This document shows positions 16,268 through 26,055 of a stretch of 64,000 nucleotides of DNA, piece by piece (position 1 is the first letter of the stretch; the number at the start of each line of letters is the position of its first letter). Where the stretch lies: positions 17,860 through 81,859 of the forward strand of contig DAONGE010000003.1 in NCBI GenBank assembly GCA_035403965.1, given 5' to 3'. The notes beneath the pieces are model-generated. The model saw only the letters and a program-made list of their open reading frames with translations, had not been told where the DNA came from and ran no database searches. This stretch comes from Candidatus Omnitrophota bacterium. Its GTDB lineage: Bacteria > Omnitrophota > Gorgyraeia > Tantalellales > Tantalellaceae. Made by a program: the position numbers and the translations under genes.

Positions 16268-18382
16268 ATGAACTTGAAAAACAGAACTACCGATGTGAAG
16301 ATGTTCGCCGATGTCTATGGCGAGGATGTGTTCAATCTCAAGACGATGAAACAGTATCTTTCGGATAAGGCGTTTAAGTCTATAAGCGCCACCATAAAAG
16401 ACCATAAGCCCCTTGATCCGACTATAGCTGATGAAATCGCCGATGCGATGAAAACATGGGCCGTCGGTAAAGGCGCCACTCATTTCTGTCACTGGTTCCA
16501 GCCTCTTACCGGCACTACCGCCGAAAAACATGATTCGTTTATCGTTCCGGATGAGGAAGGTGGGGTCATTGTTAAGTTCTCAGGTAAAGAACTTATTCAG
16601 GGAGAACCTGACGCGTCCAGTTTTCCGTCCGGCGGTTTGAGGGCGACATTTGAAGCGCGAGGTTATACAGCGTGGGATCCGACCAGCCCCGCTTTTATAC
16701 GCAGAGGGGAGAATAGCGCGACTTTGTGTATCCCGTCGGCTTTTTGCGGATATCACGGACATGCGCTTGATAAAAAAACCCCGCTTTTAAGATCAATGGA
16801 AGCGCTTTCGAAACAAGTGTGCCGTTTAGCGGATCTTTTCGGAATAGATACCAAGGGTAAAATGGCATATGCCACATTAGGCGCCGAACAGGAATATTTT
16901 CTGATAGATAAACATATGTATTACCCCAGGTTGGATCTTTTGCAGACCGGAAGAACGTTATTCGGCCGCAAACCTGCTAAACATCAGCAGATGGAAGATC
17001 ATTATTTCGGCGCGATAAAGCCCAGGATAATAGCTTTTATGGAGGATCTTGATACGGCGCTCTGGAAATTGGGGATACCCGCGAAGACAAGGCATAACGA
17101 AGTATGCCCCGCGCAATTTGAGATAGCGCCGGTTTTTGAGGAACTTAATCTCGCGGTAGATCACAATATGCTTGTCATGCAGGCGTTGAAAGAGATCGCC
17201 GAAAAACATGATCTTGTATGCCTTTTACATGAAAAACCGTTCGCCGGCGTGAATGGTTCCGGTAAACATAATAACTGGGCCATATGCGGTCCTGACGGAA
17301 AAAACTGGCTGACGCCCGGTGATACTCCACATGAGAACGCCAAGTTTCTTACCGTTATCGCGGCTCTTATAAAAGCGGTAGATACGTACGCTTCGATGCT
17401 TCGCGCGACTGTGGCCAGCGCTGGTAATGACCACAGACTTGGTGCTAATGAGGCTCCTCCGGCGATCATATCGATATTTCTGGGTGAGCAGCTTACAGAT
17501 ATAATCGAGCAGATCGAAAAAGGTGGCGCGAAAAGTTCCAAAAAAGGCGGATTTCTGGAGATCGGGGCTTCATCTCTGCCGAAATTACCGAAAGATGTCA
17601 CGGATCGTAACCGTACTTCGCCGTTCGCTTTTACGGGGAATAAATTTGAGTTCCGCGCGGTCGGTTCGAACCAGTCCTGTTCCGGCGCGAATATCGTGTT
17701 GAATACGATAGTGGCGGAAGTCTTAGACGAGATCTGTACTGAGTTGGAAGCGGCGGTTAAAGCGAAAAAGAATTTTAACAAAACGCTCCAGTCTCTTTTG
17801 CAGGATATTATTAAGAAACATAAAAGAATACTGTTTAACGGAGACAACTATACTGACGAATGGAAAAAAGAAGCGAAAAAACGCGGGCTGCCGAATTTGT
17901 TGACCACGCCCGAGGCTATAGCGGCTATTGAACATGACGCGGATATCGCTAAGATGTTCGTTAAACATAAAGTCCTCTCAAGAGAGGAATTCAAGTCCAG
18001 GAATGAGGTTTATAAAGAGGCATACGAGAGAACAGTGCACATTGAAGCTAATTGCGCTCTCACCATGGCAAAAACCATGATCATGCCGGTAGCGATGGAG
18101 TATCAGAAACATCTCGCGGAAAATATCAATGTGGTGGGTGCTGTGTGTAAATCCGAGGATGTTAAATGCACGAAAGAGATCTTGAATTCCTTGAATTCAT
18201 ATATCTCTGATGGATGGAACGCCATTCAGCGTATGGAAAAAGCCATAGAAAATGACAGGCCCTGCTCGGATATACTCGCGATGATGGGAGAGTTAAGGAC
18301 GGCCGTGGATGCGCTTGAAGGCCTTTTGCCCGATGATATGTGGCCACTTCCCAGTTATGTGGAAATGTTATTCATGATGTAA
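16268..18382 (+). CDS. glnN: Glutamine synthetase type III (GlnN)
   Basis: 704 aa. N-terminus 'MNLKNRTTDVKMFADVYGEDVF...KGATHFCHWFQPLTG' and the length typical of GSIII. RBS 'aaggaga'. Confidence 0.85.
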   Translation: MNLKNRTTDVKMFADVYGEDVFNLKTMKQYLSDKAFKSISATIKDHKPLDPTIADEIADAMKTWAVGKGATHFCHWFQPLTGTTAEKHDSFIVPDEEGGVIVKFSGKELIQGEPDASSFPSGGLRATFEARGYTAWDPTSPAFIRRGENSATLCIPSAFCGYHGHALDKKTPLLRSMEALSKQVCRLADLFGIDTKGKMAYATLGAEQEYFLIDKHMYYPRLDLLQTGRTLFGRKPAKHQQMEDHYFGAIKPRIIAFMEDLDTALWKLGIPAKTRHNEVCPAQFEIAPVFEELNLAVDHNMLVMQALKEIAEKHDLVCLLHEKPFAGVNGSGKHNNWAICGPDGKNWLTPGDTPHENAKFLTVIAALIKAVDTYASMLRATVASAGNDHRLGANEAPPAIISIFLGEQLTDIIEQIEKGGAKSSKKGGFLEIGASSLPKLPKDVTDRNRTSPFAFTGNKFEFRAVGSNQSCSGANIVLNTIVAEVLDEICTELEAAVKAKKNFNKTLQSLLQDIIKKHKRILFNGDNYTDEWKKEAKKRGLPNLLTTPEAIAAIEHDADIAKMFVKHKVLSREEFKSRNEVYKEAYERTVHIEANCALTMAKTMIMPVAMEYQKHLAENINVVGAVCKSEDVKCTKEILNSLNSYISDGWNAIQRMEKAIENDRPCSDILAMMGELRTAVDALEGLLPDDMWPLPSYVEMLFMM

Positions 18383-18400
18383 TAGAACGGAGACGAAAAA

Positions 18401-19111
18401 GTGGAAACTACCGGAAAAACTACAGGGTCCGAGTATCTGGAAATACTGAGCAAGATCAGTAAAGCCATTACTTCCGATCTTTATCTGGAAGATATACTGA
18501 AACTTGTGGTCAGTCTGGCCGCGAATGTCATGAACGCTAAAATATGCGCGTTGTGGCTTATCGATGAAAACACAGGCGAGCTTAAAATAAGGGCTACACA
18601 GGCCATGAGCCAGGATTATCTGAAAGAAAGAAGTATAAAGGTCGGAGAAGGGATAGTCGGGCTTGTAGCCAGAGAGGGTAAACCGATAGCGATATTGAAT
18701 GTTCTTAAGGACGAGCGGTATAGGGAAAAGGAACTGGCGAAAAAGGAAAAACTGGTTTCGATGCTGAACGTTCCGATGGTCGTGAAGGACAAAATAACGG
18801 GTGTGATAAGTTGCTATACTACCGCGGAGTATAAGTTCACGAAGAATGATATCGCACTTATGAGCACTATCGCGAACCAGGCTGCCGTGGCTATATTGAA
18901 CACTGAGCTTATGGTAAGGACCAAGGTCATCCAGGAAGAGCTTGAATCCCGGAAAAAGATAGAGCGAGCGAAGGGAATACTGATGAAGCAACAGGGTATA
19001 ACCGAGGAAGAGGCGTATAAAGTCCTTCGTAAGGCAAGTATGGATAAACGCGTGAATATGAAAGATATCGCTGAGGCGATAATCCTGGCGTATGATATAA
19101 ACAAGAAATGA
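18401..19111 (+). CDS. GAF-ANTAR RNA-binding antiterminator-type regulator
   Basis: N-terminal GAF-like region. C-terminal ANTAR signature 'ELESRKKIERAKGILMKQQGITEEEAYKVLRKASMDKRVNMKDIAEAII'. Confidence 0.8.
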   Translation: METTGKTTGSEYLEILSKISKAITSDLYLEDILKLVVSLAANVMNAKICALWLIDENTGELKIRATQAMSQDYLKERSIKVGEGIVGLVAREGKPIAILNVLKDERYREKELAKKEKLVSMLNVPMVVKDKITGVISCYTTAEYKFTKNDIALMSTIANQAAVAILNTELMVRTKVIQEELESRKKIERAKGILMKQQGITEEEAYKVLRKASMDKRVNMKDIAEAIILAYDINKK

Positions 19112-19140
19112 TCTAATTGCGGACGATGTGGCTTTGCCGC

Positions 19141-19188
19141 GAATTTTGATGCCCCGGCATTACTTTGCTGAATAAGCATGTGTTGTGC
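19141..19188 (+). terminator. Intrinsic terminator (9-bp GC stem 'gccccggca..tgccggggc' plus tttt)
   Basis: Read directly. The loop contains 'ctgaataag', identical to the loop of the 16079 hairpin. Confidence 0.7.
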
Positions 19189-19291
19189 CGGGGCTTTTCA
19201 CATGCTACAATATTTATCCTTGATACATGAAACTTGATGCATGATACTTCGACACATGACACATGATACATTAAAAAGGTAACCATAAGGC

Positions 19292-21031
19292 GTGGATCAT
19301 ATGTTTTTGAGATTGGCTATAGCTCAGGTGAATCCTGTGGTGGGGGATATAAAAGGGAACACATTCAAAGTTCTTTCTTATATCGAACGAGCTGCGAAAA
19401 ATGAAGCTGATATCGTGGTGTTCCCCGAACTTGTTATAAGCGGATATCCGCCGGAAGATTTGCTGCTTAAACCTCATTTTGTTCAGAATAATATTAAAGC
19501 GATAGAATATCTCAAAAAACACACGAAAGGTATAACTGCCATAGTCGGTTTTGCCGATAAAGATAAGCAAGGCAATGTCTATAACGCTGCAGCGGTATTG
19601 TCTGACGGTAAGATAACGGGTGCGTATCATAAAAGAGAACTTCCGAATTATTCTGTTTTTGACGAGCAAAGATATTTTGTGCCTCAAAACAAGAATCTTA
19701 TTTTTCGGACAGGGAAGATGCTCTTCGGTGTCACGATATGCGAGGATATATGGAAAACGAACGGTCCATACCTGGAACAGGTCAATGCTGGCGTGGGACT
19801 TGTGATCAATATATCCGCTTCGCCATATCACGCGGGTAAAATGAACGAACGCGCGAAGTTGATAAAAGATGTCGCGGTGAAGAACAGGGTTTTTGTCTGC
19901 TATGTAAATACCGTGGGGGGGCAGGATGATCTGGTTTTTGACGGGGCGAGTTTTATTATGTCTCCTGACGGAAAGATCATATCCGCCGGCAAGGAATTTG
20001 AAGAAGACCTGATATTCGCGGATATACCGCTCAACGCGATAAGCCGGGAGACCGGTTCGAATAAGAAAAAAGATCTGAGAACGATCAATTTGCCTTTGTC
20101 CCCAAAAAACAAAGTCGCTAAAATAACGCCGAGACCCATAAAGAAACTTGATCGAACGGCGGAAATATACGCGGCGCTTGTTACGGGGACCAGGGATTAT
20201 TTCGCCAAGAATGGTTTTAAACACGCCGTTCTCGGCCTGAGCGGCGGAATAGATTCAGCGCTTGTAGCCGCTATCGCCGTGGACGCTATAGGGAAGGATA
20301 ACGTCGCGGGGGTTTCCATGCCTTCGAAATATTCTTCAGGTGAGACCATGTCGGACGCGGAAAAACTTGCGAATAATTTAGGGATAAAATACATAAATGT
20401 GCCGATAAAAGATATTCATAAATCCTACATGGCGTTATTGGATCATATTCTGGAAGGTGGAACGAGAGGTGTGACTGAGGAGAATATCCAGGCACGCATA
20501 AGAGGGAATATCCTTATGGCGTTCTCGAATAAATACGGATGGCTGGTCCTTACTACGGGGAATAAAAGTGAAACCGCCGTAGGGTACTGTACTCTTTATG
20601 GGGATATGGCCGGCGGATTTGCCGTGATAAAAGATGTTCCTAAAACTCTGGTATACGAATTGGCGGACCATGTGAATAGTAAAGCCGGAAAGAATATAAT
20701 ACCGGAAAGTATAATAGAACGGGCGCCTACTGCGGAGCTTAAACCAGGGCAGAAGGATTCGGATTCCTTGCCGGAGTATGACCTTTTGGATCCGGTGCTC
20801 AAAGATTACATCGAAGAGGACATGAGCTTTGAATCTTTGCGTCGCAAATATCCTAAGGCTGGTTTTATCGAAAAAGTCATGAAAATGGTGGATAAAAACG
20901 AGTATAAAAGGCGTCAGGCGGCACCTGGGATACGCATAACGTCAAGGGCCTTTGGTAGGGACAGGCGGTTGCCTATAACGAATAAATATGACGATACTTC
21001 AAAACTCGATCTTGATGATAGCCGTGGTTAA
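19292..21031 (+). CDS. nadE: Glutamine-dependent NAD+ synthetase (N-terminal CN-hydrolase domain plus C-terminal NAD synthetase)
   Basis: 579 aa. The nitrilase-like N-terminal half has 'VVFPEL' and a catalytic Cys region 'GVTICED'. The PP-loop is 'LGLSGGIDSALVAAIAV'. Confidence 0.9.
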   Translation: MDHMFLRLAIAQVNPVVGDIKGNTFKVLSYIERAAKNEADIVVFPELVISGYPPEDLLLKPHFVQNNIKAIEYLKKHTKGITAIVGFADKDKQGNVYNAAAVLSDGKITGAYHKRELPNYSVFDEQRYFVPQNKNLIFRTGKMLFGVTICEDIWKTNGPYLEQVNAGVGLVINISASPYHAGKMNERAKLIKDVAVKNRVFVCYVNTVGGQDDLVFDGASFIMSPDGKIISAGKEFEEDLIFADIPLNAISRETGSNKKKDLRTINLPLSPKNKVAKITPRPIKKLDRTAEIYAALVTGTRDYFAKNGFKHAVLGLSGGIDSALVAAIAVDAIGKDNVAGVSMPSKYSSGETMSDAEKLANNLGIKYINVPIKDIHKSYMALLDHILEGGTRGVTEENIQARIRGNILMAFSNKYGWLVLTTGNKSETAVGYCTLYGDMAGGFAVIKDVPKTLVYELADHVNSKAGKNIIPESIIERAPTAELKPGQKDSDSLPEYDLLDPVLKDYIEEDMSFESLRRKYPKAGFIEKVMKMVDKNEYKRRQAAPGIRITSRAFGRDRRLPITNKYDDTSKLDLDDSRG

Positions 21032-21153
21032 AGCCGATAATGGCGTATATTTAGGCAAAAATTAATTGATGTTAGGCCTGATAGTTGTTGACAAACAGAT
21101 CTTTTTATGATACACTTAGTCTGAATGACAAAGATGTTGTTTTAGGCAATGAC

Positions 21154-21187
21154 GCCCTTGGACAGAGATAGCCCAAGGGCTTTTTTA
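21154..21187 (+). terminator. Intrinsic terminator ('gcccttgg..ccaagggc' plus ttttttatt)
   Basis: Read directly. It is the first of two tandem paralogous terminator units. Confidence 0.8.
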
Positions 21188-21220
21188 TTTACACATAATG
21201 TGGTGTTTTTAGGCAAAGAT

Positions 21221-21263
21221 GCCCTTCCAAAGAGAGAGATCTCTTTGGAAGGGTTTTTTTTTT
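21221..21263 (+). terminator. Intrinsic terminator ('cccttccaaagagagagatctctttggaaggg' plus t10)
   Basis: Near-perfect 14-bp palindrome centred on agatct, followed by 10 T residues. It is the second tandem unit. Confidence 0.85.
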
Positions 21264-21279
21264 GAGCCAAGGAGGGAAA

Positions 21280-21510
21280 ATGAAGAAAGAAGCGTGTATT
21301 GACAGGATTGACAGGCTATTTCTTACCATCGGCAATGGTGGGGTCTATGACGAAATTATATCGGAGACGGAACAGGTCCTTATAGAAAAGGCGCTGAAGA
21401 GGTCTTTCGGTAATCAGAGCATCGCAGCAAAACTTCTTGGAATAAACAGAAATACTTTAAGAATGAAAATAAAAAAACTGAATATCGACGTTAGAAAACA
21501 TCGTATATAG
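21280..21510 (+). CDS. Small Fis-family HTH DNA-binding protein
   Basis: C-terminal 'QSIAAKLLGINRNTLRMKIKKLNI' is a Fis/NtrC-type HTH. The ATG at 21280 follows the RBS 'aaggaggg'. The ORF track's TTG at 21262 is less likely. Confidence 0.55.
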   Translation: MKKEACIDRIDRLFLTIGNGGVYDEIISETEQVLIEKALKRSFGNQSIAAKLLGINRNTLRMKIKKLNIDVRKHRI

Positions 21511-21513
21511 CGA

Positions 21514-24500
21514 GTGGGGTGCAAAATGAATAACGGAGTGCCTAAAAAACAGGGATTATATGATCCGGCGTACGAGCATGACAGCTGCGGGGTCGGGTTT
21601 GTATGCAATGTGGACGGTTCTCGGACCAATGATATAGTGGCAAAAGGGATAAGTGTACTTGAAAGGATGAGTCATCGCGGGGCGGTAGGATCGGATCCAA
21701 AGACAGGTGACGGCGCGGGTATTCTTATGCAGATCCCGCACGAATTTTTGAAGAAAGTATGCGACGAAAGTAAAATAATCATTCCATGCAGCGGTAAATA
21801 TGGCGCGGGCATGGTGTTCCTGCCGACTGACAGGGCCGACCGTGAATTTTGTACGAATTTGTTTGAAAGAATAGCTATAAAAGAAGGGCTGTCCGTTTTG
21901 GGGTGGAGAAATGTTCCTGTAAATGACAATATGTTGGGTAAGGGGGCGAAAGAAACTCAGCCCGTAATATGCCAGGTTCTTGTAGGATGCGGGGACGAGG
22001 GGTGGGCTTCCCCGTTGGATTTTGAAAGAAAATTGTACATCGTAAGACGCCAAGTCGAGAAATATGTAAGAGAATCCGCTATAAAACAAAAAAACATATT
22101 TTATATCACAGGATTGTCGTCGCGCACTTTAAGCTATAAAGGACTTTTAATGCCCGAACAGGTCCGGAACTACTTTGTAGATCTTGCGGATACTGATATG
22201 AAAAGCGCCATGCTTTTGGTCCATTCGCGTTATAGTACGAATACGTTCCCCACTTGGGATCTTGCGCAGCCGTTCAGATTTCTTGCGCATAACGGTGAGA
22301 TAAACACCGTGAGGGGAAATATCAATTGGTTTAGGGCGCGTGAGCGTCTTATGTCCAGTCCTCTCTTTGGAACGGATATAGAAAAAATAAAACCGGTTAT
22401 AGTCGAGGGGGGGAGTGATTCCGCCACCTTGGACAATGTTTTTGAGATATTAACCCTTGCCGGCCGGCCGATAGAGCATGTAATGATGATGCTGATCCCT
22501 AACGCGTGGCATAACGATAAGAACATGGATGCTTCGGTGAAGGAATTCTACAAATATCACGCCTGTATTATGGAACCGTGGGATGGTCCGGCGGCTGTGG
22601 CGTTTACGGATGGGACAAATATCGGGGCCGTTTTGGATAGAAACGGTTTAAGGCCCGCAAGGTACATAGTTACGAAAAACGGATTTGTCGTTATGTCTTC
22701 GGAGGCAGGGGTATTGGATGTTCCCGCCTCGGATATCCTTAGGTCCGGCAGACTCGAACCCGGCAAAATGTTCTTTATCGATACGAAAGAAAAAAGGATT
22801 ATTGACGACAAAGAGATAAAGGAACGGGTAGCTAAACAGGCGCCGTACGCAGAGTGGAACAAAAAATATTCTTTGAGCATGTCTGATCTAAGACGTGTGT
22901 CTGCGGTAGAGGATGTGTCCGGTAATGTTCTGGAGCTTATGAAAAATTTCGGATACACGAGGGAAGACCTTAAAATTATACTTAAGCCTATGGCGGCGGA
23001 CGGCGAAGAACCGATAGGGTCGATGGGGAATGATACCCCACATGCCGTACTTTCAAAAAAATGTCAGATGTTTTACGATTATTTTAAGCAGCTGTTCGCA
23101 CAGGTCACTAATCCGCCGATTGATCCGATACGTGAAGAAATAGTTATGAGCCTCGATACCTATATCGGACAAGGAAAAAATGTTCTGGATGAAACGTCGG
23201 AGCATTGCCATAAAATATGCGTTAAGTCCCCGATACTCGATAACGAAGAGCTGGAGGCCATTAGAAATATCAACATAAACGGTTTCAAAACTAAAACCAT
23301 CTACACACATTTTAAGGCTTCCTGCGAGGAAGACCTTTTGAACGCTATAGACCGCATCTGTTTTGAGGCGGAATTCGCCGTCGAAAAAGGTTTTACGTTT
23401 ATAATCCTCAGTGACAGGGGGGTGAACGTCGGGAACGCCGCGCTTCCGGCCCTTTTGGCCACCGGAGCCGTTCATCAGCATCTTGTCAGGAAAACCGTGC
23501 GTTCGCAGATAAGTATCCTTGTGGAAAGCGGCGAACCCAGAGAAGTGAACCATTTTGCACTGTTGTTTGGATACGGGGCAGATTGCGTGAATCCGTATCT
23601 GGCATACGAAGCGGTAAAGCACATCGTTAAAGAAGACGGACTTGGTATCGATGGGGAAACGGCTGTAAAGAATTACAAAAAAGCTGTCAGCAAAGGGATC
23701 ATGAAAATACTGTCCAAAATGGGGATATCTACACTGCAAAGCTATAAAGGCGCACAGATATTTGAAGCCCTTGGTCTTAACGGAGAAGTGGTGGATAGAT
23801 GTTTTACCGGTACGGCCTCACGTATAAGCGGTGCGGATTTTTCGGTGATAGCTAAGGAGACTATTCTGCGGCATAATGAGGCGTATGCGCCGGCGCAGGC
23901 AAATGTTCCGTATTTGCAAACCGGAGGAAGATATCAGTGGAAAAAAGACGGGGAGTTTCATCTCTGGAATCCCGAAAGTATCGCCGCACTTCAGGATGCC
24001 GTCAGGAAGAATGATTACGGATTGTACAAAAAATTCGCGGCGCTTATAAGCGATCAGTCAAAGAATCCTACAACGCTCAGAAGCCTCCTAAAATCCAGGC
24101 AGAACGCATCCGTCCCGATATCCGAGGTCGAGCCCGTGGATGAAATAGTTAAACGGTTCGTGACCGGTGCGATGAGTTTTGGGTCGATATCAAAAGGGGC
24201 GCATGAAAGTATCGCGATCGCGATGAACCGCTTGGGAGGTAAGTCGAATACCGGAGAAGGAGGAGAGGATCCCGTAAGATTTAAAACTTTTCTTAACGGG
24301 GATTCCGCGAGAAGTGCTATAAAACAGGTCGCGTCAGGGCGGTTCGGTGTAACGACCAATTATCTTGTGAACGCGAACGAACTTCAGATAAAGATCGCCC
24401 AAGGGGCAAAACCCGGGGAAGGCGGACAGCTTCCCGGCCATAAGGTCAGCGCGATAATCGCGAAGACCAGGTATACGACGGCCGGGGTCACTTTGATATC

Positions 24501-26055
24501 GCCGCCGCCGCATCATGATATATATTCGATAGAAGATCTGGCGCAGCTTATATTCGATCTTAAGAATGTGAACCCGCGCGCCAGAATAAGCGTTAAGTTA
24601 GTCTCGGAGATAGGGGTAGGGACTATTGCCGCGGGTGTGGCTAAAGGACACGCGGATATGATACTTATTTCCGGGGGTGACGGAGGAACAGGAGCTTCTC
24701 CCAGGAGTTCTATTATGTACGCTGGGCTTCCCTGGGAATTGGGTTTATCCGAAACACATCAGACCTTGGTGTTGAACGACCTTCGCGGGCGTGTCAGACT
24801 TCAGACCGACGGGCAGATGAGGACTGGCAGAGATGTCGCTATGGCAGCGCTTCTCGGGGCTGAAGAATACGGGTTTTGCAGTGCAGTTCTTGTTACGTTG
24901 GGATGTGTAATGCTGAGACATTGTCATTTGAATAATTGTTCGCTCGGGGTAGCTACTCAGGACGAATGTCTGGAAAAGCGTTTTGCCGGTAAACCGGAAT
25001 ATGTTGTTAACTACATGAGATTTGTAGCGCAGGAATTAAGGGAGATAATGTCGGAACTGGGCGTCAGGACCGTGCATGAACTTGTCGGACGTAGCGAACT
25101 TCTAGAAATGAATAAAGAGATATTACCGTGGAAAGCCGAAGGATTGGATTACTCGAGGCTTTTGTATAAGCCGCAGGTTTCACCGGATGTGTGTACGCGT
25201 TGTGCCACACAGCAGACCCATAATATCGAACATGTTTTGGACCGGGAGATCATCGACAAAGCTAAAGACGCGCTTGAAAAAGCGGAACCCGTGACGCTAG
25301 AGTTTGGTATAAAGAATACAGACAGGACGGTCGGGGCGATGTTGAGTGGCGGAATATGCCGAAGGTACGGCGAAGGTGTTCTGCCGGAAGATACGATCCG
25401 GTGCAAATTCAGGGGTGTAGCAGGGCAGAGTTTCGGCGCTTTTCTTACAAAAGGGATTACCTTTGAAATGGAGGGCCTCGCGAACGACTACGTTGGTAAA
25501 GGGATGTCTGGTGGAAAGATCATGATCTATCCCGACAGGTCGGCTACATATCGTTCTGACGAGAACATCATAATCGGAAATACGGCTTTTTACGGCGCGA
25601 CGTCGGGAGAAGCTTATATCCGCGGTGTGGCCGGGGAGAGGTTCTGCGTGAGGAATTCCGGAGTATATGCCGTGGTAGAAGGTGTAGGGGATCACGGGTG
25701 CGAATATATGACCGGAGGGCGTGTTGTTATACTTGGCCGCACCGGAAGGAACTTTGCGGCCGGAATGTCGGGTGGGATAGCCTATGTCTATGATGAATCC
25801 GGGGATTTTGCATCAAAGTGTAATGTCGGCATGGTGCGGATCGAGGAGTTGACCCCGATAGACAAGGAAACGGTAAAATATCTTCTGGCGAGGCATCATA
25901 AATTTACCGACAGCGCGCGTGCGAAAGAGATATTGGAGGATTTTGAAAATAAAAAAGGACGTTTTGTCCGTGTAATGCCTGTTGAGTATAAACGCATCCT
26001 TGAAATTCAGAAAACAGATGGAAGTCTTAATCTTGCGGGGGTGCTCAATGGCTAA
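21514..26055 (+). CDS. gltB: Glutamate synthase large subunit
   Basis: 1513 aa. N-terminal amidotransferase 'DSCGVGFVCN' (Cys1-type). FMN/Fe-S central domain. C-terminal GXGXG beta-helix repeats 'GMSGGKIMIYP...GMSGGIAYVY'. The start may be the internal Met at 21526. Confidence 0.95.
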   Translation: MGCKMNNGVPKKQGLYDPAYEHDSCGVGFVCNVDGSRTNDIVAKGISVLERMSHRGAVGSDPKTGDGAGILMQIPHEFLKKVCDESKIIIPCSGKYGAGMVFLPTDRADREFCTNLFERIAIKEGLSVLGWRNVPVNDNMLGKGAKETQPVICQVLVGCGDEGWASPLDFERKLYIVRRQVEKYVRESAIKQKNIFYITGLSSRTLSYKGLLMPEQVRNYFVDLADTDMKSAMLLVHSRYSTNTFPTWDLAQPFRFLAHNGEINTVRGNINWFRARERLMSSPLFGTDIEKIKPVIVEGGSDSATLDNVFEILTLAGRPIEHVMMMLIPNAWHNDKNMDASVKEFYKYHACIMEPWDGPAAVAFTDGTNIGAVLDRNGLRPARYIVTKNGFVVMSSEAGVLDVPASDILRSGRLEPGKMFFIDTKEKRIIDDKEIKERVAKQAPYAEWNKKYSLSMSDLRRVSAVEDVSGNVLELMKNFGYTREDLKIILKPMAADGEEPIGSMGNDTPHAVLSKKCQMFYDYFKQLFAQVTNPPIDPIREEIVMSLDTYIGQGKNVLDETSEHCHKICVKSPILDNEELEAIRNININGFKTKTIYTHFKASCEEDLLNAIDRICFEAEFAVEKGFTFIILSDRGVNVGNAALPALLATGAVHQHLVRKTVRSQISILVESGEPREVNHFALLFGYGADCVNPYLAYEAVKHIVKEDGLGIDGETAVKNYKKAVSKGIMKILSKMGISTLQSYKGAQIFEALGLNGEVVDRCFTGTASRISGADFSVIAKETILRHNEAYAPAQANVPYLQTGGRYQWKKDGEFHLWNPESIAALQDAVRKNDYGLYKKFAALISDQSKNPTTLRSLLKSRQNASVPISEVEPVDEIVKRFVTGAMSFGSISKGAHESIAIAMNRLGGKSNTGEGGEDPVRFKTFLNGDSARSAIKQVASGRFGVTTNYLVNANELQIKIAQGAKPGEGGQLPGHKVSAIIAKTRYTTAGVTLISPPPHHDIYSIEDLAQLIFDLKNVNPRARISVKLVSEIGVGTIAAGVAKGHADMILISGGDGGTGASPRSSIMYAGLPWELGLSETHQTLVLNDLRGRVRLQTDGQMRTGRDVAMAALLGAEEYGFCSAVLVTLGCVMLRHCHLNNCSLGVATQDECLEKRFAGKPEYVVNYMRFVAQELREIMSELGVRTVHELVGRSELLEMNKEILPWKAEGLDYSRLLYKPQVSPDVCTRCATQQTHNIEHVLDREIIDKAKDALEKAEPVTLEFGIKNTDRTVGAMLSGGICRRYGEGVLPEDTIRCKFRGVAGQSFGAFLTKGITFEMEGLANDYVGKGMSGGKIMIYPDRSATYRSDENIIIGNTAFYGATSGEAYIRGVAGERFCVRNSGVYAVVEGVGDHGCEYMTGGRVVILGRTGRNFAAGMSGGIAYVYDESGDFASKCNVGMVRIEELTPIDKETVKYLLARHHKFTDSARAKEILEDFENKKGRFVRVMPVEYKRILEIQKTDGSLNLAGVLNG

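Noticed and set aside
17161-17847. 228-aa minus-strand ORF inside glnN
   Set aside because: It is antisense to GSIII. Shadow ORFs are common in GC-moderate coding DNA.
19271-20224. 317-aa minus-strand ORF opposite nadE
   Set aside because: It is antisense to the well-supported NAD synthetase gene. It is Arg/Phe/Tyr-rich nonsense with no RBS context.
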